Shown: positions 12,401 through 19,695 of the stretch, in pieces
Position numbering within the stretch: position 1 is the stretch's first letter
Layout of the letters: each line of letters starts with the position of its first letter
Source of the DNA: Ginkgo biloba
Lineage: Eukaryota > Plantae > Ginkgophyta
Length of the DNA stretch: 19,695 nucleotides
Direction: 5' to 3'
Assembly (NCBI GenBank): GCA_024626585.2
Contig: JANKJI020000002.1
Coordinates: 116,751,826-116,771,520, forward strand
Notes under the pieces: generated by a model
Told to the model about the DNA's origin: nothing
Databases searched by the model: none
Seen by the model: the letters and a program-made list of their open reading frames with translations, nothing else
Translations under genes and position numbers: made by a program

Positions 12401-12624
12401 ATGAGACCTTTGAATCTGAAGTTCATAGTCTCAATTTCCCTCATGATCTTCTTCAGGGCTAGCCAAGTTTGGAATTAGATACCTCCTATGGCAAATGGGA
12501 GGTGCGGGTATGGACTCTAATTAGCATTCTTGTATCTTTTGGCCACCCCAAAATTACATTGTCTGGCCACCTCTAAGGTTGTCAACTTATTAGGGATGTG
12601 GATTAGTAGCCTAGATGGATGGGT
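9494..12624 (-). pseudogene. Cassette of 2-3 decayed orphan ORFs, probably accessory ORFs of a mobile element
   Basis: ORF-track entries 12517-12738, 11938-12183 and 11554-11880 share one minus frame, which reads on through scattered stops to about 10960 and with frameshifts to 10547. Further protein-like frames run about 10550-9862 and 9872-9510. Long plus-strand shadow ORFs; more GC-rich than the flanks. No gag/PR/RT/RH/INT motif recognised. Confidence 0.6.
9515..9539. repeat. Perfect hairpin, 11-bp stem and 3-nt loop
   Basis: TTCCTAGTCCC-TTG-GGGACTAGGAA; the arms are exact reverse complements. Confidence 0.9.
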
Positions 12625-12724
12625 NNNNNNNNNNNNNNNNNNNNNNNNNNNNNNNNNNNNNNNNNNNNNNNNNNNNNNNNNNNNNNNNNNNNNNNNNNNN
12701 NNNNNNNNNNNNNNNNNNNNNNNN

Positions 12725-13230
12725 ATAGTTATATACATAGGATCTTTGGATAAGAATCTTAAACAATATTCAGAAGGAGATACGTGAGTGGATTTATGGG
12801 TAGATTTATTATAACTATGTTGGATATATGGGATACTTTAATCCCAATTTTTAGGATATTTATGATTATACATCCTCAAGGTACATACCACTGTTTTGTT
12901 AACAATTTTAAATTGATCATTAGTCTTTGGATGAAAATTTATACTTCTCTTCAATATGATATCCATGAGTGTTTAGAGGGTCTAAAAAAAACTTCTTAGA
13001 AATATATTATCTATATTTACGATATTAGATGTGGTTAATCTAAAGTATAACCACATATATTCAAAGAATAATTTCAATGCTTTCTTCCCTATTATTCTAT
13101 TATTATAGGAAATTAAGATATCCATATGGCTAAACCTATACACTATTATAAAAATGTAGTCATGTTCCCTTTGGGTGGTTGGAAATCAACCAAGTCCATG
13201 TAAATATGCTTGCATGGTCTAAAGATTTTC
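12725..13230 (-). mobile_element. Decayed Ty3/Gypsy integrase core
   Basis: HDYIFIIVYRFSHM...KLFFEYMWLYFRL... then LKRSINFHPKTNDQFKIVNKTVVCTLRMYNHKYPKNWD*SIPYIQHSYNKSTH (cf. VVDRFSKM; STAFHPQTDGQTEVVNR; WD..LP..Q.SYN). Strong drift toward A/T. Confidence 0.9.
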
Positions 13231-14400
13231 TTGGATACATTTTCCAATGATTGTGTGATTTTGCCTAATGTTGCTCAACATATTACGTAGTAGGTTTGCT
13301 TCTAGAACATGTGCTTTTAGTCTAGCATGCATCTAAGATTGAACAAAACAAAAAACCTGTATGCTGGTGGAGAAGATACTTCATCCTCGAAAACATTTTA
13401 ATTTTAATCAATTCTGAAAGCATTGGAAAAATTGTGCAAGCAACAAACTTGTGAAGGAAAAACAATCACCTGAAAAAAAAGCAATGCCCTCTTGGTTAGG
13501 ATGCTCTTCTTTTAAGGAAGAAAGGCAAATACCAAACATATTACTGATAAATCAATAGTTTTACATTGAAGCAAACAGGGATAATGTTTTCATTGAAACA
13601 CTACTAGAATAAATAGAAATCAAGTTAAAACATCAAATGATGTACGCCCATTGCTATAATTAATCATTAAACTGAAAAATAAATATCAGTAAACACAGCC
13701 AAAAGCTCAGAGATCCTATATGGAGATCTCATGCAACTTTAGATGTCCCTTATCTAGATTGTTACCAAAATTAGTGGGGGCACTAAATGTCACAACAAAT
13801 TATAAAACAAATATAAAGTGTACAACCAACTTCAATATCCATTTAGTATTGTGAGATAGTGGCAAAAATGCAATTGTTCATCTTTTTGAATACACATTTT
13901 GGTGTCTATATACCTTTGCCTAAAGAGGAGGAACACAGGGAACATCTCAGAAGAGCAATCACAACAGGGACAAGGAGATGACCTCTCATCAGTAGTTTCT
14001 TCCCAACCTCATATGACATTTCATTAATGAGAATGATTTTGTAGGCTCTAAAAAACTTGCCATGCTTGCCGACAAGCCCAATAACATAGGAGATCCCCAA
14101 GGATAACTTTCTTGGTAACCTATTTATAATTTGCAGATATTTTCTGCAGCCAGTCATACCTTCTGTCATGCACTACACTGAGTGGAAGGTATATTTAAAG
14201 GCTGAAAATAGGTTGAAAGTAATGAGGTCATAGGGTTGATTATAGGAAACTCTATTGTCTGCCGCTTTGGTTTCTGTGTTGATGACTGTTGCTCTTTTAA
14301 TGTTCTTTTTGGATTTGAATTTAATTCACTATAATGATGCTCCAACCCTTTGGACAGCTTCCCTGGCCTCATGGTTACAAAGGGAGCTTAGTCTTGGATA

Positions 14401-14692
14401 GCAAGCAAATGCATTTAATATCCCAGAATCCACCTTNNNNNNNNNNNNNNNNNNNNNNNNNNNNNNNNNNNNNNNNNNNNNNNNNNNNNNNNNNNNNNNN
14501 NNNNNNNNNNNNNNNNNNNNNNNNNNNNNNNNNNNNTGGCAACATGAAGGATGATGTGGCAACAACACTAACAATGATTGTAGCAACAAAATTCGCTAGT
14601 CAAAGGAATTCAAAGGTGGTCAAAGTAGTCAAAATGGTTTGAAATTAGTCAAAATTGCAAGCAAATGCATTTAATATCCCAGAATCCACCTT
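14401..14692 (+). repeat. Exact 36-bp direct repeat (14401-14436 and 14657-14692) flanking a gap
   Basis: GCAAGCAAATGCATTTAATATCCCAGAATCCACCTT occurs twice; the first copy runs into a 100-N gap. Confidence 0.9.
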
Positions 14693-15913
14693 ATGCTTGG
14701 TTGTGTTTACCCTGCATCTAGTGTAGAGGAAGGAAGCTTCGAGGTAAGGATGGTGCCTGGCAGAGCTCAAAAATTTGGAAGGTTTATGACGGACCAAGAT
14801 CTCATCCCCAGATAGTGTTTTTTATTATTGGCATGTAATCTCGTTGCTACAGTTGTTGTGTCTAGGACCTTAATAGGAGACTTCTCTGGCACTACAATAG
14901 CCACATGGGTAGCCATGGAACTTTTGAAACAGCAAAAACGAATAGTGTACTGAAAGAAAATGAAGGAGATAGCCAATTAGATAGATACTTACAAGAAATG
15001 CCAAGTTATCAAAGCAAACAGGAAGCAACCAGGAGGGTTGCTAACACCATTTCCAATAGCATAAGGCAACTGGCAAAGCAGTTCCATGAATTTTGTGACC
15101 AACTTGCCTACGTTTATAGATTTCCTCGTGAAAGGGATCAGAAGCTATGGAACACAGGTAGAAAGATTTCTTTTAAGGCAATAACTAAGTTCGACTCCAA
15201 CTGTGGAAGTCATCCTCGAAAAGATGATGAAATAGAAAGGATATGTTGAGAACGCATGTGGCATCTAGGCAAACCGGTTGGGAAGAGATATTTCCTTTTG
15301 TGGAATTTGCATATAACAATAGCAAGCACTCAGACACAAGTATGACACCCTTCTAAAGTGACATATGGATATGATCCTTCCATTCATTTGAATATTCATA
15401 TTATTTCACATGAGGGGCAAAGCCAGCTATCCTTAGGGAGGTTAGAGGATGTGGCAAGCAAATATTGAAACTGCTCGAAGTAGATACAAGTTGTATGCTG
15501 ATCAGAAAAGTCTCCTCAATATTCTTAAGTTAGAAACATGGTTTACTTGAGGATCAAACCAAATGCTTCCTTGTCCTCTAAAAGATGTGTGAAGTTATCC
15601 CAAAGTTTCCAAGGGCCTTTGAAAGTACTAAAGAAGGTGCATGAGTATGCTTGTAGATCAAAGCTGCTTTCTTATGTTAAAATGCACACCATATTTCATG
15701 TTAGTTTACTCAAAAAAGCATCATCAGGATTCCACAATAAGATGATTGGGTATGTAGAAGCATGTCAGATTGAACATGATATCCAAAACAATTAAAATCC
15801 TTGATAACAGAGTGAGGAAAGTCCATAATAAAGAAATAAGGAAAACTCGGTAGAAGGAAGTCACTTGAGAATCAGAAACATATATCCTCACTCATTGAAG
15901 ACAATGATCTCTC

Positions 15914-15928
15914 AAGGGTGGGGAGAAA
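15914..15928 (+). other. Polypurine tract (PPT)
   Basis: AAGGGTGGGGAGAAA immediately after the pol end and immediately before TG. Confidence 0.85.
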
Positions 15929-16339
15929 TGTTACAAGCNNNNNNNNNNNNNNNNNNNNNNNNNNNNNNNNNNNNNNNNNNNNNNNNNNNNNNNNNNNNNN
16001 NNNNNNNNNNNNNNNNNNNNNNNNNNNNNNNNNNNNNNNNNNNNNNNNNNNNNNNNNNNNNNNNNNNNNNNNNNNNNNNNNNNNNNNNNNNNNNTTATGG
16101 AAGAGCCCTCCAGCATAATAAGGGCATTTGTACATTCAGCGAGTTGTAAGTCATCTCTATATGAGGTTCACACACTTCATCTATCCATCCAATGGCTTGG
16201 AAGATGTTCAATGTCTCTCTTTTTTGCCGTTGAAGCTGAAGACACATTTAAGAAGAGGTAGTTGCTGCTATAATTGACCATATCAGATTTGCTGCTGATT
16301 TCTTCAGGCCTCTATAAGTAGAGCTAGGGAACTGTAACA
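15929..16339 (+). repeat. 3' LTR (~410 bp including a 156-N gap)
   Basis: Starts TGTTACA right after the PPT and ends TGTAACA (16333-16339): a perfect 7-bp terminal inverted repeat with TG...CA. Confidence 0.82.
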
Positions 16340-16769
16340 CAATCATTCTTTTGTTTTATCTTAAGAAGAAAACTTTTCTCATTCAACCTAGTGTGGCTAT
16401 GAACTCAAAAAAGAAAATTTATACCATGCATCAAGTTGTCAGAAAATTTGCAAGTGACTTGAAAATATCAGGATCCTTTTAATCTTTGCTAATGAGTGTT
16501 TATCCTTATTGGATCCAACCTAATGCCACACCACAAAGATTTTAATATTCGCATCTGGGCCTTGAAATGGTTATTAGGATATTGACAGACTTGGGACAAG
16601 ATGTACCCAGACAAAGCTTAAATTGATGATTTTCTGGAACTGAATTCATAACAAACCAAAACAAAGTACTGAGTCTTACATAACAAAACTCTAAATAGAA
16701 ATTGTAAAGTTTTTAATTCATGCTACATAATCAAGTTTAGAGTTTAATAATTTAAGTCAACTCCACTAA

Positions 16770-17214
16770 TATAAATATTCTATTTATATAAAGAATATAT
16801 ACTATATATCTAAAAAACTTAGAATTGTACATCCATCTATAAACTCTATTCAATAAAATTTTCAATTTTTTTAACCTCATGAGTATTTGAATATGACTTT
16901 CATTATGTTAATGTTTGTGTCATGATGACTTATACTCTTGGTATTAAATAAAAAATATAGTGAAGCTCAAAGGCTAGTTGGAATCATTTCATTTACTATG
17001 TTACTATCAAATCATTGACTCTATAACTTCAAAACTTTATTCATGACAATGGTATTCTATTTCTTATTCCTTCCTTTATGATATAATATCATGCTAGCTC
17101 TAAGGGTTTCCTTATATATTCAACTCCAAATATTACTCATATAAGGAATGTTTTTGTATTGGAGGAGATAGTCATGGATATTAGGATTCAAAGACATAAT
17201 TTTCCAAGTGAAAA
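16770..17214 (+). mobile_element. Possible very old LINE endonuclease (APE) remnant
   Basis: Weak motifs in the expected order: NINILFI (cf. DIL.LQET), SEAQ..GII (cf. SGGI) and FCIGGD (cf. GGDFN, ~17154-17170). Heavily AT-drifted. Confidence 0.33.
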
Positions 17215-17477
17215 NNNNNNNNNNNNNNNNNNNNNNNNNNNNNNNNNNNNNNNNNNNNNNNNNNNNNNNNNNNNNNNNNNNNNNNNNNNNNNNNNNNNNN
17301 NNNNNNNNNNNNNNAGACTTGCACACTTTCACATATCATTCCACTGATGACCCATATTTCTCTCTTCCTCTCACCTAGAGACAGGTAACCTAAGCAAGAG
17401 TGCACAACTACAAGAAGTAGATCAAGAAGAGCATAGGCAACTAACATTAACCTCGTACTTTAAAAAGGCCCACATAC

Positions 17478-17566
17478 CAATATACATCACTTGATTTGTA
17501 ATCAAAAGCATATTTAAATGTTGTGGCTGAGTAAATCATATAACCACCAGTAGTATGCAGAACACC
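17478..17566 (-). CDS. ACS: Acetyl-CoA synthetase internal exon (phase 0/2, 89 nt)
   Basis: Translation [29 protein letters not shown]+TG (W) continues directly from GKPK across a 148-nt GT-AG intron (17567-17714). Acceptor acacag|GGT, donor TG|gtatgt. Confidence 0.96.
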
Positions 17567-17714
17567 CTGTGTTACAGAATGAAATGAAAATTTCAGTTTT
17601 TATCTGGGAAATACAAACAATACTATATGCCATCATAATTATGAAAAAATTAGCATCATGTTAAAAAAGCTACTTGCATTGCACACATTATCTATCTTTC
17701 ACAGTGGTACCCAC

Positions 17715-17816
17715 CTTTGGCTTCCCTGTGCTGCCGCTTGTATATAAAAGGAAAAGTGGATCTTCTGCGTCAACCCATTCGACTTCACATTTTGTTGAGT
17801 ATTTTGAAATTGTGTC
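17715..17816 (-). CDS. ACS: Acetyl-CoA synthetase internal exon carrying the AMP-binding P-loop (phase 0/0, 102 nt)
   Basis: Manual translation [44 protein letters not shown] is the ANL-superfamily AMP-binding signature and [12 protein letters not shown] is typical of plant ACS. Acceptor aatag|GAC, donor AAG|gtgggt; exactly 34 codons, no stops. Confidence 0.96.
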
Positions 17817-19299
17817 CTATTCATGCAAAAATCAAACGCTTCATAAAAGTGTCAAAGTTCATTCTCATTTGAAAAAAAATATATATCTTCCCATTTACAC
17901 ATCCTTCTACNNNNNNNNNNTTGGATAAAGATCATTGGATTTGCTAAGGAAGCAGTACTATCTCAAGAAGAGAGAATAAAAGCAGGATAAACAAGCAAAT
18001 TCATTAATAGAATCCAAACGTAAAAGACAGGTAAAAAATGACCATCTAAACTCATATGAACACCTGAAAGAAAAAAATTCAAACATAGGTGAACAGAAAG
18101 ATGGGATATTCTACTACTAAAATCAANNNNNNNNNNNNNNNNNNNNNNNNNNNNNNNNNNNAATTTCAGGTTAGGAATAGAATATGCATGCTGAAGTATT
18201 TACTCTTGATATGATCATTCATTTTTATGAACAGAAAAGAAACTTGGAACTATTTCCAGCATGCATAAAACACAGTCTCACTAAAACTTCTCTCCACGTG
18301 GACTTGGAATATAAGTCACAGTCCTAATTCTGGATATTGCTCCACAATTGACTGCCTTGCCTATGGTATTCTCATCTAGCAAGATACACCCAATNNNNNN
18401 NNNNNNNNNNNNNNNNNNNNNNNNNNNNNNNNNNNNNNNNNNNNNNNNNNNNNNNNNNNNNNNNNNNNNNNNNNNNNNNNNNNNNNNNNNNNNNATATCA
18501 TAATAAGGTTAAAAAACAAAGACCATGATAAGATGTAATATCAACACTTCAATCAAGCACAAAGGACAAAGGGAAAGAATATGCAAGATCTTCATAATAC
18601 TATGCCATCCACAATAAAGACATAAATAAAATCTAAGCAAGTAGACTAGGCATCATCACTATCAAGAAGTCAAATGGTGAGACTATGTACACGCATCATC
18701 AAAACTTAGAAAAATGTTTAATCCCTAGTCGAGCATGTTGTAAAAGTAGTGGCCATTATCAAATTACAAAATATTACAGCATGAAAAAACAGCTCTTTGT
18801 AGAGCTGTAAAGATGCAAAATGGCAGCTACGATAGGACAGCAAACAAAAACATGAACCAGCAAGAGGAAAGGAGGAAGACCATCTTCACTGTGCTCACAT
18901 TTCTGATTCTATAAGATGAAAATGAACAGTTATCAGTCAATAATCTGAATTGAGAAATTGTAAAAGAAGAACTAAACGGTTATGTAAGATGAACCAAACA
19001 GTAGTGCCTCTTAACATCTTTCACCTATTTTGTGGAAAGTTATAGATGTCCAGAAAGATAATGCCTTTTGCAGAGCATGGTGTATCACCAAATATATGGA
19101 AAGTAGTACGAAGGCATCCCTTGAGAATCAATTAAAATAACTACAACATTTTCTACCCTCTTAACCATTGAATTTAACTGTAGTCTATTGCTGTTGTCTT
19201 TATGCTTTTTGGCTTCGGAAATAGAACCTCAAATAATCTTTGCATGGGACTGTAGTCTAGGAGATAAGTGGGAAAGTTGTTTTCTCAAGTTGATTATTT

Positions 19300-19695
19300 G
19301 GAAAGACCATTTACACCAATGCTAGTGCGGTGGTTATTGGAGATCTGTTGAGCCAAGATGGTAAAGCGGTGGCTTATGAGAGCAGAAAAATGAATTATGC
19401 TGAAAAAGGTATCCCATCTATGATTAAGAATTGTTAGCCATCATTCAAAGACCACAACTATGGAAGCATTAATTGAAGAACAATGAGTATGAGGTAGTGA
19501 CAGATCATAAGACTTTGTTATCCTTTCCACCCAAGGCTGAATTGGGATCGAAACATCATAGATGAGCCATGATATTTGAAGAGTTTAAGCCCAAGCTGAC
19601 TTACAAAGCAACTAAGGAGAATATTGTGGCAGATGCACTTTCTAGAATGCCACAGGTTAATGCTCTGACTGTAGTGAAAGGATTGTTGATAAATG
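19300..19695 (+). mobile_element. Decayed Ty3/Gypsy RNase H, runs off the window end
   Basis: YTNASAVVIGDLLSQDGKAVAYESRKMNYAEK/YPIYD*ELLAII...WKH*L...VVTDHKTL...KENIVADALSR, containing the TDAS, ELLA, TDH and NxVADALSR motifs. Confidence 0.93.

Larger units (their letters stand above)
13640..16339 (+). mobile_element. 5'-truncated, internally deleted chromovirus-type Ty3/Gypsy element (RT remnant, integrase, chromodomain, PPT, 3' LTR), antisense to ACS
   Basis: RT remnant KEEEHREHLRR (~13922). Integrase Zn-finger region HMG..T...VY*KKMKE...KKCQVIKANRKQPGGLLTPFPI..W.S.SMNFVTNLP (~14900-15110). MLRTHVASRQTGWEEIFPFVEFAYNNSKHS (15243-15330). GPY/F module KLSQSFQGPLKVLKK...HTIFHVSLLKK. Chromodomain-like KILDNRVRK..NKEI...T*ESE. 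The left boundary is approximate. Confidence 0.88.

Noticed and set aside
4926-12724. Apparent nesting order of TEs, and ORFs that span N runs
   Set aside because: Most element switches coincide with N-gaps, so nesting and TSDs cannot be established; ORFs containing X runs are inflated by the gaps.
13906-14372. Minus-strand ORFs of 87 aa and 68 aa as possible extra host exons
   Set aside because: No ACS similarity; the plus strand carries a Gypsy RT remnant (EEEHREHLRR).
16505-16540. Minus-strand CGVALGWI as a candidate for the missing CTADCGWI exon
   Set aside because: Only GWI matches, a stop follows two codons later, and there is no TGHSY continuation.
17674-17928. 84-aa plus-strand ORF
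   Set aside because: Antisense to the ACS P-loop exon.
18043-18078. Strong acceptor TTTTTTTCTTTCAG|GTG with a possible 21-nt micro-exon
   Set aside because: Donor is weak (G|GTCATT), the phase-0 reading has a stop, and it does not match the expected upstream ACS peptide (..GRDVWWQ).
18789-18808. 8-bp stem hairpin ACAGCTCT-TTGT-AGAGCTGT
   Set aside because: Short enough to be expected by chance in 20 kb; no supporting context.

Overview
AT-rich eukaryotic (plant) genomic DNA from a fragmented scaffold with 18 N-gaps, 8 of them exactly 100 N. The whole window lies inside one minus-strand, intron-rich acetyl-CoA synthetase (ACS) gene. Three exons are readable by manual translation (17715-17816, 17478-17566, 4149-4262), none of which appear in the ORF track. 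The last exon appears to end in a GC donor, and a required ~91-nt exon between the second and third is not visible, probably because it falls in a gap. The multi-kb introns are packed with decayed Ty3/Gypsy remnants (RT, RNase H, integrase, chromodomain, PPT, LTR) and L1-like LINE remnants, an architecture typical of large-genome plants such as gymnosperms (inference). The least explained features are (a) a ~3.1 kb cassette of two to three tandem, overlapping, decayed ORFs with no recognisable gag/pol motif, ending in a perfect hairpin and an LTR-like terminus (9494-12624), and (b) two consecutive LINE RT segments in divergent orientation that match twin-priming geometry. All translations and motif matches were done by eye; no searches were run.
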